64,000 nucleotides of DNA from Candidatus Kapaibacterium sp. (GTDB lineage Bacteria > Bacteroidota > Ignavibacteria > Kapaibacteriales > UBA2268). The notes under the pieces are model-generated. The model searched no databases, was not told the origin of the DNA, and was given only the letters and a program-made list of their open reading frames with translations. The number at the start of each line of letters is the position of its first letter. The stretch's first letter is position 1. Positions 31,128 to 42,349 of the stretch are shown in pieces. A program made the position numbers and the translations under genes. Where the stretch lies: assembly GCA_963665665.1 (NCBI GenBank), contig OY762428.1:576001-640000 (forward strand), in the 5' to 3' direction.

Positions 31128-31559
31128 ATGGATTATAAATACAAAGAAATTAACGGCAAAACATTCGCCAGGGTTATCAGGGAGAAAGATGTATTTGAAA
31201 AAAAAGGTGTAAAAATCCAGTTCCCCGATGATATTGATATGCAGGTAGCTATTATTCGTATTGAAGGTGAATTGTTTGCCCTGAGGAACATCTGCCCCCA
31301 CCGCCATGCAGACCAGATATACAACGGCATTATTAAGGAAGGCAACCTGATGTGCCCTCTTCACGGCTGGACGTATAATATCAAAACCGGCCAGAATGTG
31401 AACAGTCACCAGGGAGTAAAAAGCCTGAAGACATACGAAATATTTTCAGATGAAGGCTGGGTATGGGTTGAAAAACCAAAACTTGAAATTCCCAAATGGC
31501 GGCAGGAAGGCGTGTCTCTGGGATTTGCCGGTTCCGGAGAAAACGAAAGCAATGCCTGA
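31128..31559 (+). CDS. Rieske 2Fe-2S ferredoxin
   Basis: CPH...CPLHGW. Confidence 0.93.
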   Translation: MDYKYKEINGKTFARVIREKDVFEKKGVKIQFPDDIDMQVAIIRIEGELFALRNICPHRHADQIYNGIIKEGNLMCPLHGWTYNIKTGQNVNSHQGVKSLKTYEIFSDEGWVWVEKPKLEIPKWRQEGVSLGFAGSGENESNA

Positions 31560-32493
31560 TATTGCTCAAAATATCAAAGAAATAATTATTTCGAAATCAT
31601 ACGAACTTGGTTTTGACGATTTAAAAATTGCCCGGGCAGAACCACTTGGAGATACTTTTCAGCTTTACAAACAATGGATCGGTAATGGATATCATGCTGA
31701 TATGAAATGGATGGAAAACAACTTCGACAGGCGGGAAAACTCTGATAACATCCTTCCGGGAGTAAAATCCATTTTAGTTACGGCCTCAAATTATTATTCT
31801 TCAGCCAAACACACAGAAAACAATTTTAAAATCTCGCGTTATGCCTGGGGAACTGATTATCATGATACTATTTATCCACGGCTAAAAAAGCTGGGAAAGT
31901 ATATTTCAGAATTGTCCCCAGGCGCTGAATTCAGGCCTTATGTTGATACCGGGCCTGTTCTTGAAAAAATATGGGCAGCGAAAGCAGGCCTTGGATGGAT
32001 CGGCAAACACGGCCTGATCATCCATCCCCGATTCGGTTCATGGATTTTCCTGGGAATACTTTTTTCAACGCTTGAACTTGAACCTGATACGCCGGTTGCC
32101 AATCGATGTGGACAATGCACAAGGTGTATTGATTCATGTCCGGCAAAAGCTATCTATATGGATTCGATTGTAGATTCCCGGAAATGCCTTTCCTACTGGA
32201 CAATAGAATCCAAATTGGATAATGATATTCCGAATAATATTTTAAACAATTCAAACGGATGGGCTTTTGGCTGCGATACATGCCAGGATGTCTGCCCCTG
32301 GAATAAAAAACTTGCCAAAGAAACCCGCGAGCCATTATTCCATCCGAGAAATGACGAAACCAATTTAAATTCTGAAATTATAAAACAGATGTCAGATGAG
32401 GAATTCCGTTTGAGATTCAGGAAAAGCCCTGTTAAAAGGCGGAAGCTTCAAGGCATAATTAAGAATATCAATCTGTTCGGGAGAAATTCCTGA
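31552..32493 (+). CDS. queG: tRNA epoxyqueuosine reductase
   Basis: ISRYAWGTDYH, VDTGPVLEK, CxxCxxCxxxCP, FGCDTCQDVCPWN; the start overlaps the Rieske stop. Confidence 0.96.
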   Translation: MPDIAQNIKEIIISKSYELGFDDLKIARAEPLGDTFQLYKQWIGNGYHADMKWMENNFDRRENSDNILPGVKSILVTASNYYSSAKHTENNFKISRYAWGTDYHDTIYPRLKKLGKYISELSPGAEFRPYVDTGPVLEKIWAAKAGLGWIGKHGLIIHPRFGSWIFLGILFSTLELEPDTPVANRCGQCTRCIDSCPAKAIYMDSIVDSRKCLSYWTIESKLDNDIPNNILNNSNGWAFGCDTCQDVCPWNKKLAKETREPLFHPRNDETNLNSEIIKQMSDEEFRLRFRKSPVKRRKLQGIIKNINLFGRNS

Positions 32494-32659
32494 AAAACAT
32501 TCATTCTATATACAATCAATTTCTTTCAACTAAGTACAAATACGTATTCTTTCAAGTTGCCTGATAAATATTCCAATATATTCATATATATTTTGTCTAT
32601 TAAAATAATGACAGGATGTTAATATAGATTGAGTTTAGGAAAATAATCAGGAGGCAACT

Positions 32660-33022
32660 ATGTTTGACGTGAAAGTAGATGCAGGAAGAAATTGTATTAT
32701 ACTGACTCTTGAGGGACAGATTACAGCAGAGGAAATCAAAAAAGCAACCAACATTATCATTCAAAAAGGTTATTATCTTGGCAGGGGGTTCAATTTGATT
32801 AGTAATATTTCAAATTCAAATCCCGTTTCAACTGACGTGATAGATTTAATAATGTATCTTCAGCAAAGACTTTTCAAAATGGGAGTGGCTAAAGTAATAA
32901 GAGTTTTAGGGAATGCTTTTCTTACTGGCATGCAATTTTCCAGGCTTCAAAAAGAGGCCAGGGCAGATTATAAAATCATACATGTTGACAATATGGCTCA
33001 GGCTTACAAAGCCGTCAGTTGA
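32660..33022 (+). CDS. Small STAS/SpoIIAA-like hypothetical protein
   Basis: Strong AGGAGG RBS; alpha/beta pattern typical of SpoIIAA-like proteins. Confidence 0.6.
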   Translation: MFDVKVDAGRNCIILTLEGQITAEEIKKATNIIIQKGYYLGRGFNLISNISNSNPVSTDVIDLIMYLQQRLFKMGVAKVIRVLGNAFLTGMQFSRLQKEARADYKIIHVDNMAQAYKAVS

Positions 33023-33050
33023 TTTTAATAAACAATTTCGAAACAAAAAT

Positions 33051-33077
33051 GGCCGGTTTCAAATAATGGAACCGGCC
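33051..33077. terminator. Hairpin between convergent genes
   Basis: ggccggtt...aaccggcc. Confidence 0.65.
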
Positions 33078-33101
33078 TTAAATTTTAATATCTCTTTCGA
33101 A

Positions 33102-33797
33102 TTACTGGCCAACTTTTATCAGCTCAACTTCGAAAATCAGTGTGGACATAGGAGGAATATTACCTGTGGCACGCGGGCCGTAACCAAGTTCTGCCGGAAT
33201 GTAGAACATGTATTTTCCGCCCTCTTTCATTAGCTGAAGGCCTTCTGTCCAGCCCCTGATAACCTGGTTCAGGCCAAATGTAGCTGGTTTTCCTCTGTCA
33301 ACTGAACTGTCGAATTTAGTACCGTCGATTAGTGTTCCTGTGTAGTGAACAGTAACCTTGTCAGTAGCAACCGGTGATTTGCCTGTACCTTCTTTAATTA
33401 CTTTATACTGAAGGCCGCTGGCAGTAGTTTTTACACCTTCTTTATTTTTATTTTTCTCCAGAAATTCTTTGCCTTTGCCAACATTGGCTAACGAATCAGC
33501 TGAGCGTTTTTTCATATCGCGTTCGCGAAGCATTTCCTGGATTTTCATCAGAGTTGCACGCATTTCTTCCTCAGTAAATAAAGTTTTCTCTTCGTAAAGA
33601 GCGTCTTTAACTCCCTGGGCAACTATATCAGGATTGAACATAAGAGAATCATTTTTAAAATTTTTACCCCACTGCATTCCAAGTGCGTAAGCCATTGAAT
33701 CAAGTTTTGTTTTAATTTCTGCTTTTTCGTGCGACTGTGCAGTGCAGGCAAACAGGCCGCCAACAACAGCCATGATAACCAAAAGACGTTTAGTCAT
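33102..33797 (-). CDS. FKBP-type peptidyl-prolyl isomerase (FkpA/Mip-like lipoprotein)
   Basis: SGLQYKV, VHYTGTLIDGTKFDSS, VIRGWTEGL, LIFEVELI. Confidence 0.96.
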   Translation of the reverse strand: MTKRLLVIMAVVGGLFACTAQSHEKAEIKTKLDSMAYALGMQWGKNFKNDSLMFNPDIVAQGVKDALYEEKTLFTEEEMRATLMKIQEMLRERDMKKRSADSLANVGKGKEFLEKNKNKEGVKTTASGLQYKVIKEGTGKSPVATDKVTVHYTGTLIDGTKFDSSVDRGKPATFGLNQVIRGWTEGLQLMKEGGKYMFYIPAELGYGPRATGNIPPMSTLIFEVELIKVGQ

Positions 33798-34113
33798 CGT
33801 AATCTCCAATAAATTATTTAAAAAACTAATTTTCATAGTATGCAAAGATAAGTAAATTATTTTAAACAGGAAGGAATTGATAACATTTGTAAGTTATTTC
33901 ATTTTCAGGCCACCCTTTATCAGATAAATTTTACATGCAAATTTCAATTTTCAGGCTATTAGCAAGAAAAAGAAAATTAATATTAATCACATATTTTTCT
34001 TATTTTATTAAAGAAGAAGTATAGAATAGTATATACCATATTCTAATAAATATATTTATTCAAACAGCGAGAGCTTATCAAGAGGATTTAGTACAATTAA
34101 TTAAAAAGTCTGC

Positions 34114-36453
34114 ATGTCTTTTAAAACAAAAATACCAAAAGCTATATTAGGCGAACCTATTAACAGGCTTACTTTAAAGTTTAGGGATGTACGGATTGAA
34201 AAAGAATTTAATGACTTTTATTGCGATAAGTATATTTGGCAATTACGACTAGCGCATATACTTGCAATAGGACTATATCTATTTGCCATCTTGGCAGAAA
34301 AATTATTTTTTGAAATACCATGGTTCTTATTTGTTATTCGAGTATCAATTGTGATACCTTCCTTTCTGCTTGGATTTGTTTTTACATTCATTTACAAAAG
34401 GCTCTATTTAAAAATTTACAAATTATTAGACATTTATTATGTCTTAATAACAAGTATAAGTTTTATTATAGCAGGACTTTATATTGAAGAACCATATGCA
34501 TTCGTTATAAACAGTGGCGTTTTTATTGGCCTAATTTTCAATTACTCCACCATTAGACAGGATTTTATTAAAGCATCATTTACTGGGCTGCTGCTTCTGA
34601 TAATATATATTCTTTTTGCATTTTATTATTATTCAATGTTTGAAAACACAATCCATATCTCTATGTACTTCTTTGCAGCCAACATACTCGGAATGTATAT
34701 AGCCTATAATATTGAGTATGAAAGCAAAATGAGCTATCTGATGATGAAACAAATTCAAACAGCTCATTATGAACTTGAAGAGCACAAAAAAAACCTTGAA
34801 CATCGAATAAAAGAAAGAACAAAAGAGCTTACTTATGCCAAAGAAAAAGCAGAGGCAAATGCCATCGGCTTAAAATTTGCAGAAGAAGAAATCAGACGCT
34901 CCAGAGATGAAATCCTTCTCAAGAACAAGATTTCAAATGCATTTGTTATGAGCTCTGAAGAAGCAATTTTCGATGAAGTTCTTCAAATTATTATAAAATT
35001 TCTTAACTGTGAATTCGGATATTTTGGATATATCAATGAGCAAAAAAGCCTTGTCTGCCCTTCAATGCTATACGATACCAGTGATAAATTCCGGATGTCG
35101 GACAAAACTGTAGAATTTGCTCAGGAATTCTGGGCCGGTATTTGGGGAGAGAGTTTAAAGTCAAGAAAGAGCATTTTTCAGAATGAAAGTTTATCATTGC
35201 CGCATGGACATATCCAGTTTAATAATGCTTTGGCAGTACCGATACTTTACCGGAAAGAGTTGATAGGGCAGATAGTGGTTGCTAATATCAATAATGGGTT
35301 TGATTATTCACACATAAACTTTCTGGAAGATATCTGCAACTATATTTCGCCATTGCTGAACTCTGTATTAAACCAGAAACGTAACCAGGAAGAACTTCAA
35401 AAGATATCCAAACTTGAATCTCTCGGGGTAATTGCAGGCGGAATCGCACATAACTTCAAGAATATTTTAACAGGCATGGCTTTAAGTGCTGAATTGGCAA
35501 AAATTAAGCCGGACAAAACAGTGAAATATCTTGAAAAGATAACTAAAGCTATCGGACAGGCATCTGCTCTTGCAACAAGATTCCAGACTTTTTCAAAGAC
35601 GGATATGCCGATTTTTGAACCAGGTGATATTAACTCTGTAATCATGGAGGCATCAGAAATGGCTTTAACAGGATCAAGTATTATTCCAAAATATGAACTT
35701 GATCCAAATATCCCTAAACTGCTTTTAGACGGAAAAAGGATGAATGAAGTAATTACAAATATTCTTATTAATGCAAAACAGGCAATGCCCAATGGAGGGG
35801 ATATCTTTATTAAAACATCGATAACTGAAAATCGAATTGAAGGGTTGAACCAACCTAATCTTCAAATAGATATTACTGATTCGGGTATCGGAATACCACC
35901 TGAAAAAATTGAAGATATTTTTACTCCTTTCTTTACAACGAAAGCTAATGGACACGGATTAGGTTTGGCTACTGCTTATAGTATGATAAAAAAGCATGAT
36001 GGTGATATTCAAGTAGAATCAAAACTTGGCCAGGGTACAACATTTTCGTTATTTTTGCCGGTTAAAATAGCCGAAGAAGATCAGGATATAACCGATAATA
36101 AGGTTTTTAATTTCAACAGGGATATACATATTTTGCTGCTTGACGACAATAAGGAAATTATTGAAAGTATGAATGAGTTGTTTTCTGAATCCAGCATATC
36201 AATTAATTGCTATAGTGATCCCGGCCTTGTAATTCAGGAATTCAAAAATTCAATATGCACCCGGAAATATGATCTGGTAATTTTGGACCTGACTTTAGTC
36301 GGTTTTAAAATTGACGGGCTCGGAGTTCTTAAGAAGTTAAAGGAAATTGATGGAAATGTAAAAGCATTTGTTTTTAGTGGCCATTTCGACATTCCTGTTG
36401 TTGCAAACTATAAAGAATACGGATTTGTTGGCAGAATAGAAAAACCAATTTAA
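34114..36453 (+). CDS. Hybrid sensor histidine kinase (TM-GAF-HisKA-HATPase-REC); receiver truncated by an in-frame TAA
   Basis: AGGIAHNFKN H-box, NAKQAM, DSGIGI, GHGLGL; REC motifs LLDD...DL...KP; the frame continues IKQFLSEIEKAIND to 36498. Confidence 0.9.
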   Translation: MSFKTKIPKAILGEPINRLTLKFRDVRIEKEFNDFYCDKYIWQLRLAHILAIGLYLFAILAEKLFFEIPWFLFVIRVSIVIPSFLLGFVFTFIYKRLYLKIYKLLDIYYVLITSISFIIAGLYIEEPYAFVINSGVFIGLIFNYSTIRQDFIKASFTGLLLLIIYILFAFYYYSMFENTIHISMYFFAANILGMYIAYNIEYESKMSYLMMKQIQTAHYELEEHKKNLEHRIKERTKELTYAKEKAEANAIGLKFAEEEIRRSRDEILLKNKISNAFVMSSEEAIFDEVLQIIIKFLNCEFGYFGYINEQKSLVCPSMLYDTSDKFRMSDKTVEFAQEFWAGIWGESLKSRKSIFQNESLSLPHGHIQFNNALAVPILYRKELIGQIVVANINNGFDYSHINFLEDICNYISPLLNSVLNQKRNQEELQKISKLESLGVIAGGIAHNFKNILTGMALSAELAKIKPDKTVKYLEKITKAIGQASALATRFQTFSKTDMPIFEPGDINSVIMEASEMALTGSSIIPKYELDPNIPKLLLDGKRMNEVITNILINAKQAMPNGGDIFIKTSITENRIEGLNQPNLQIDITDSGIGIPPEKIEDIFTPFFTTKANGHGLGLATAYSMIKKHDGDIQVESKLGQGTTFSLFLPVKIAEEDQDITDNKVFNFNRDIHILLLDDNKEIIESMNELFSESSISINCYSDPGLVIQEFKNSICTRKYDLVILDLTLVGFKIDGLGVLKKLKEIDGNVKAFVFSGHFDIPVVANYKEYGFVGRIEKPI

Positions 36454-36797
36454 ATAAAACAGTTCTTATCTGAGATAGAAAAAGCAATTAATGACTGACT
36501 TTAATATTTTTTTCAATATAAATGCTCTTCTCGGGACCCCAAAAAATACTTCAGGAATCACTTTTACCAGATTACGATTTTTTCAATCAATCCTTCATTT
36601 TTTATCTGTCAATTTTTCAACAAACGCTTAATTTGCTTGAGTTAAATAATAAAATTCAAGATGTCTTATTAACTTGCCTTTCTCATGAAAATTTACGATA
36701 TTGATATTTGTAAATATTGGGGATGTCCGTAGATAGATTATGTTTTTTAGAAAATTTATCATTAGGGGCGCTAATAATCCGAAAACCAGAGGAACAC

Positions 36798-39700
36798 ATG
36801 AAAAAAGCAATTATTACATTATTACTCCTGCTGCCGATAGCAGCCCAGGCACAAAGCCTGAAACTATTCGACATTGATACAACTGACTATCCCGTTATAA
36901 GGGCAAAAATATGGGCTTTCGATGAAAACGGAAAACAAATTACAAATCTTTCCCCTTCCGATTTTGAAATAACCGAGGATGGAGTACTAAGGGATGTTAT
37001 AAGTGTTTCGTGCCCGGAGCAGCAACCGGCCAATGCAGTTTCAAGTGTTTTATCATTTGATATTTCTGCCTCAATGCTCGGGGAAAATATGTCAATGGCC
37101 AAGAAGGCAGGTACGGTATGGATAAACGGTTTATCTCTTGGTATAAACGAATGTGCAATAACATCATTCGATCTGAAAAATTACCTGAATCAGGATTTTA
37201 CAACAAACAAAGACAAATTGCTGAATGCTCTAAACAGCTTACAAACATTAGGAAGTACAAATTTTGATGCCGGATTTATTGATCCAATGGCCGGGGCTTT
37301 ACTGGTAGCAGAAAAAGGTGATTTGAAAAGAGTAGTGGTTTTCCTTACTGACGGTATTGCTAAAGGGGATGAATATGCAATTATTGACAAAGCTAATGAA
37401 ATAAACGCGACGGTGTTTTGTGTAACATTGAACATGCCCTGCCCGGAAATATTAAAGAATATTTCTGAAAAAACCGGCGGGGAGTGGTTTGACAACATTA
37501 TATCAGCATCACAAGCCGAGGCTGTTTACCAAAGCATTCTTCAAACAGTTCGGGGCGGAAAACCCTGCGAGATTGAATGGCATAGCAGGCCTGCCTGTTC
37601 AAGAACTGACCAAACAATTGTTGAGATGGAATTATCGGTAAATCAGAGCCAGGCTGTGGGACATTACAACACTCCTTATAATTCAGTTGCAAACCTTGAA
37701 ATAAATCCACCATACATTAAATTCACCGATCCTGATATTGGTGTTGAAAACTATCGGCAAATAACAATAACTGCAAGGAATGCAGACTTTGATGTTAGCA
37801 ACATCAAAGTTTCTAATTCTGATTATGACATTAGTCCGAAAAGTTTTTTTCTTGCAAAGGATCAGAGTAAAATCCTGGATGTGAGTTATACTCCCGCCGG
37901 CAAAGATTATTCATATTGTAAGTTTACAATTGAAAATGATATATGTGAACAAGATTACAGTGTAAGCGGGCAGCATTCCGGCGGAGGTTTCAATAAAAAT
38001 TATTTGAAACTGACACATCCAAACGGGGGTGAAAACATTTATATTGGTTCTGATTATCTAATTACATGGGAAGGAATTCTACCTTGTGATACTATCGGCT
38101 TAACTTTATCGAGAGATAATGGAAATAGCTGGGAAATAATTGATAATAATGCAACTAATCTATCTTACTCATGGAATAATATTTTTGGGCCGGAAAGTGA
38201 AAAATGTTTGATCAAAGCTGTTTATGGTGCTACTACACGTCCCCGAATTCTTTGGGAGAAAAATTATGGTGGAAGTTTAGGAGAGCAGGCTGAATCAATC
38301 ATTGAGCTTAAAGACGGCAACCTGATTGTTGTTGGCCGTTCAGAATCAAAAGACGGGAATGTGTCAGAAAATCATGGTGAATGGGATTACTGGATAGTAA
38401 AAATTAATCCTGATAACCGAAGTATCATCTGGGAAAGATCTTACGGAGGCAGTAAATGGGATTATGCCCAATCGATTATTGAGATGAAAGACGGAAGTTT
38501 GGCTGTAGCAGGTTATTCATGGTCTCAGGACGGAGATGTATCCGGAAATCATGGCGGATTAGATTGCTGGATATTGAAATTAGATCAAACTGACGGAAGT
38601 ATCATTTGGAAACAATCTTTTGGCGGGAGCAACTATGATTTTGCCGAATCAATTATTGAAACAAATGACGGGAATCTTGTTTTTGCTGGATTTTCCAGTT
38701 CTGATGACGGAGATATAACGGAAAGCCATGGAAAGCATAGTTATTGGATAGTCAAGCTCAATTCCGGCGACGGCAAAATAATTTGGAATAAATCTTTTGG
38801 TGGAAGCGAATGGGACGAAGCCTATGATATAATTGAGATGAAAGACGGCAGCCTGGCTGTTGCAGGAAAATCCAATTCTTCTGACGGTGATGTTACAGGC
38901 AATCACGCTTGGGCAGATTATTGGATACTGAAACTCAATCCGAATGATGGATCATTAATATGGGAAAAATCCCTTGGGGGTAGCAGTGACGATATTCCGG
39001 CTTCCATAATCCAACTTAATGATGATGCTCTTGTTGTTGCAGGGTATTCAACTTCATCAAATGGCGATGTAAAAGGTAATCATGGTGACTTCGATTACTG
39101 GATCGTAAAATTGGAACCAACAGATGGAAGTATTATTTGGGAAAGGTCTCTTGGCGGAACAAGCGCCGACTATGCTAATTCAGTTATCGGGCTTGAGGAC
39201 TGTAGCATCGTTGTAGGCGGCTATTCTTATTCAACCGACGGTGATGTTACAGATAGTCATGGTGATTTCGATTTTTGGATTACAAAATTGGAACCGGCAG
39301 ATGGCAGTATAATTTGGGAGAAAACTCTTGGCGGAAGTGCAGACGACAGGGCTAATGCTCTGACTGTTCTGACTGATAAGAGTTTTTTGATTGCCGGTTA
39401 TTCTTATTCAAATGACGGCGATCCAGGAAACAACTACGGCCTTGATGATTTCTGGATTGTGAAGTTGACAGAACCTCAACCTCTGCTATCGGATACATCC
39501 GACGCTGTTTTCTCCATTTTCGCTCCTCATGCTGTGAGCCGTGATATTGATATGAAGCAGGTGTTGGTGGGAATTACCAAGGATTCAGTAGTTAAAGAAT
39601 TTATAATGAATACCGGGCTGCACCCGTGCAGAATTGATTCTATATACATTCGCGGCGCTGATGCCGGAGCGTTCAGCCTTGTTTCCGGTTTTCCCGTCTA

Positions 39701-41453
39701 TACCGTGAATATTTCAGAAAACCACTCAGGGGAATTCCGATTCCGGCCTACCGAAACAAGAATATACGAAGCGGAAATTGTGATCATAACTCAGAATGAT
39801 ACACTATTCCAGGCAATTCGTGGCGAAGGAATTGAACCCCGATTGCAAATTGTTAATAAATTGATAGATTTCGGCCAGGTAAGGCTTGGGGAATACAGAG
39901 ACACTCTGGATGTGCTGACAATAAAAAACACCGGGACTAATCCAATTGATATTCTGAGTACTAATCATTCATGGCCTAATGATGTTGACTTTACCACCCG
40001 AAACGGCGCCGGGCCTTTCACGCTTCAGCCCGGAGAGGAATGGCCAATGACACTGCGCTTTACCCCTGGCGAAGCCGGCCGGACAAGCGGAATACTGGAA
40101 TTTCATTATACTGGAGTGGGAAGCCCCGAGACTATTCAATTGTTCGGTGAGGGGTATTCGAAACCGGAAATTGATACGGCTTTCACAAATTTTGAAAACC
40201 TGGACTGTGAAAGTAAAGACTATCGGAATTTTAATATTATAAATACCGGAGCCTTCAGCATAACGGTTTCTGAAATATATCTTTCGGGCAGTAACCCGGG
40301 CGATTTTCAAATTGATATTAACCTTCCGCTGATAATTGAGCCCGGCAGTACTGAAACTATCGCTGTAGAATTTGCACCACAGGAAATCGGGGTAAGATCT
40401 GCCGAACTGAATATTATATCCGATGCCGTGAATTTCCCCTTAGTAAATTATACCTATAGCGCAAGAAAAGACAGCGTCGCACTCAACTGGCAAAATATTG
40501 AGATAGATTTTGGTACGATAAGAACCAACCGCCATATTGATACAACAATAATTATTGGCAATAACGGAACAATTGCCAATACGGGGTTAATAAGCGGAAA
40601 TTCAGAATTTAATATTGATAAAGATGCGGTCAGGCTGAATGCCGGAGAAAGTGGAGAAATCACAATATCCTACAGTGGATCACCCACACCAACATCCCTT
40701 GATGAAGAGTTAGTACTGACTGATTCGATCTGCGGCAGGCAGTCGAATATCCGGATAAAAGCAAATATTGAAGCTCTTGCCACCGCATCTGTCAGATTAG
40801 CGGATATTCAGGCAATGCCCGAATCAAAAATTGTAATTCCCATAGTCCTCGACGCTGAGAATGATATCGGCAATTCGGGGATCGAAACAATATCAGTTGA
40901 TTTTATTTATAACCCGACAGTTCTCTATCCTCTGGACTATTCCCAGGTTTATCTTAGCAACGACGAGGCGAAGATAAGAATTGACGGGCTGAACATACTT
41001 GCAAATCAGGGCGATACTCTGCGAAATATCCGTTTTTCAGTTGGCCTTGGCAATTCTGAAAACAGTGTGCTTCGCCTGTCCAACCCTGAATATGACGACA
41101 GCATTGCAGATATAACCCTGATTGACGGCACATTCACACTTCTCGGCGTATGCCGCGAGGGAGGAGCAAGGCTGATAAACCCGGACATAGAGGCCGGAAT
41201 AATCAACATCTCCCCCAACCCGGCGGAAAAGAGCCTTAATATCGAAATCTCCCTGATAGAAGAAGGACAGACAGAACTTTCAATATTCAATTCCTTCGGG
41301 GAATCTGTAAAGAGCGTTTTTTCAGCAAATAACGAAACCACGGGCGTAAAAAAATTCAAAGCTGACATAAGCAATCTTGCCAACGGCGTTTACTATGTAA
41401 TACTGAAAACTCCCAACCAGCATTTTATCGAGAAGGTGCTGGTGATAAGGTAG
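36798..41453 (+). CDS. Large secreted T9SS protein: vWA, 7-bladed repeat region, choice-of-anchor D Ig domains, C-terminal sorting domain
   Basis: MIDAS DISASM...FLTDG; seven IIWEKSLGGS...GDV.GNHG..DYW repeats; ISPNP...NGVYYV. Confidence 0.9.
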   Translation: MKKAIITLLLLLPIAAQAQSLKLFDIDTTDYPVIRAKIWAFDENGKQITNLSPSDFEITEDGVLRDVISVSCPEQQPANAVSSVLSFDISASMLGENMSMAKKAGTVWINGLSLGINECAITSFDLKNYLNQDFTTNKDKLLNALNSLQTLGSTNFDAGFIDPMAGALLVAEKGDLKRVVVFLTDGIAKGDEYAIIDKANEINATVFCVTLNMPCPEILKNISEKTGGEWFDNIISASQAEAVYQSILQTVRGGKPCEIEWHSRPACSRTDQTIVEMELSVNQSQAVGHYNTPYNSVANLEINPPYIKFTDPDIGVENYRQITITARNADFDVSNIKVSNSDYDISPKSFFLAKDQSKILDVSYTPAGKDYSYCKFTIENDICEQDYSVSGQHSGGGFNKNYLKLTHPNGGENIYIGSDYLITWEGILPCDTIGLTLSRDNGNSWEIIDNNATNLSYSWNNIFGPESEKCLIKAVYGATTRPRILWEKNYGGSLGEQAESIIELKDGNLIVVGRSESKDGNVSENHGEWDYWIVKINPDNRSIIWERSYGGSKWDYAQSIIEMKDGSLAVAGYSWSQDGDVSGNHGGLDCWILKLDQTDGSIIWKQSFGGSNYDFAESIIETNDGNLVFAGFSSSDDGDITESHGKHSYWIVKLNSGDGKIIWNKSFGGSEWDEAYDIIEMKDGSLAVAGKSNSSDGDVTGNHAWADYWILKLNPNDGSLIWEKSLGGSSDDIPASIIQLNDDALVVAGYSTSSNGDVKGNHGDFDYWIVKLEPTDGSIIWERSLGGTSADYANSVIGLEDCSIVVGGYSYSTDGDVTDSHGDFDFWITKLEPADGSIIWEKTLGGSADDRANALTVLTDKSFLIAGYSYSNDGDPGNNYGLDDFWIVKLTEPQPLLSDTSDAVFSIFAPHAVSRDIDMKQVLVGITKDSVVKEFIMNTGLHPCRIDSIYIRGADAGAFSLVSGFPVYTVNISENHSGEFRFRPTETRIYEAEIVIITQNDTLFQAIRGEGIEPRLQIVNKLIDFGQVRLGEYRDTLDVLTIKNTGTNPIDILSTNHSWPNDVDFTTRNGAGPFTLQPGEEWPMTLRFTPGEAGRTSGILEFHYTGVGSPETIQLFGEGYSKPEIDTAFTNFENLDCESKDYRNFNIINTGAFSITVSEIYLSGSNPGDFQIDINLPLIIEPGSTETIAVEFAPQEIGVRSAELNIISDAVNFPLVNYTYSARKDSVALNWQNIEIDFGTIRTNRHIDTTIIIGNNGTIANTGLISGNSEFNIDKDAVRLNAGESGEITISYSGSPTPTSLDEELVLTDSICGRQSNIRIKANIEALATASVRLADIQAMPESKIVIPIVLDAENDIGNSGIETISVDFIYNPTVLYPLDYSQVYLSNDEAKIRIDGLNILANQGDTLRNIRFSVGLGNSENSVLRLSNPEYDDSIADITLIDGTFTLLGVCREGGARLINPDIEAGIINISPNPAEKSLNIEISLIEEGQTELSIFNSFGESVKSVFSANNETTGVKKFKADISNLANGVYYVILKTPNQHFIEKVLVIR

Positions 41454-41712
41454 GATTGTCAGACATGCTGCTAAGAATGTCTTTTATTAATTTACGGCAT
41501 TATTTTCCTAACTCGTTGATTTCTCGTAACAGGGTAAGGAGTTCTGAATATTAACTGAAATAATTGAACAAGCAATAATATAATAATCCGAAATAGTAAT
41601 TCCGTATCGGGTAATTGTCCCTTGGATTTCCACCCCCATCCAACGGAATTTATATACCATTGGATTATCAATATTGCCGGGCATGTCAAACCCCAATATT
41701 TATGAATAAAAC

Positions 41713-41860
41713 AGGTTCTATAACAGACATTGTGGGTAATCAAACTTAAGATTACCGTCAATAAAATAAACCTTATTGATAAAATTGTGAATATTTCCAA
41801 ATCTTCTGACTCTTCTATTAGCAAACTTTATCATAGGATTGTTAGCTTCAACCGCTGCCG
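41713..41860 (-). mobile_element. Degenerate ISL3-family transposase C-terminus with putative right end
   Basis: AVEANNPMIKFANRRVRRFGNIHNFINKVYFIDGNLKFDYP resembles the ISL3 tail; GGTTCT terminal motif at 41713. Confidence 0.65.
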
Positions 41861-42349
41861 GGTGCGCCCACAGTAATGATATCGTTTTAATTCCATCTGT
41901 TTCAGTTTTGATTCCTGGTGCACCCACATTTATTAAACATTGGTTCTCAAATGAGTTAAGATACTGCCGGATCCTTTTTTCTGTATCAAGGCCCTTGCAT
42001 TCTTTGCAGCTTGTTTCAGTAGATGTACCGCCACGACAAAAAATTATGTATATGTCCAATTGGCCGGGAGTATTTTGGCCGCATTTTTTTTAAGTCTGTC
42101 TTTTGTGTGAACACAATCGATAATAACATGAGAGCCAGTTCAAATTATTCTGCAAAATTTCCAAAATCAAAGCTGATTTTGATCGAAAACGAAGCTATTT
42201 GCAACACAAATTCATCCGGAAGTGGGCCGTAAACAATCTTGAGCAAGGAATTTATCAGCAATTTGCTTTTTTTCCACACCGAAAACTCCCGGAATTGTTT
42301 GCCTGAATAATATCTTTCGCCTGATTTATGAAATCTGGTAATCACAAAT

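Noticed and set aside
38247-39470. Seven ~177-nt repeats
   Set aside because: Ordinary protein-coding propeller repeats within the vWA/T9SS gene.
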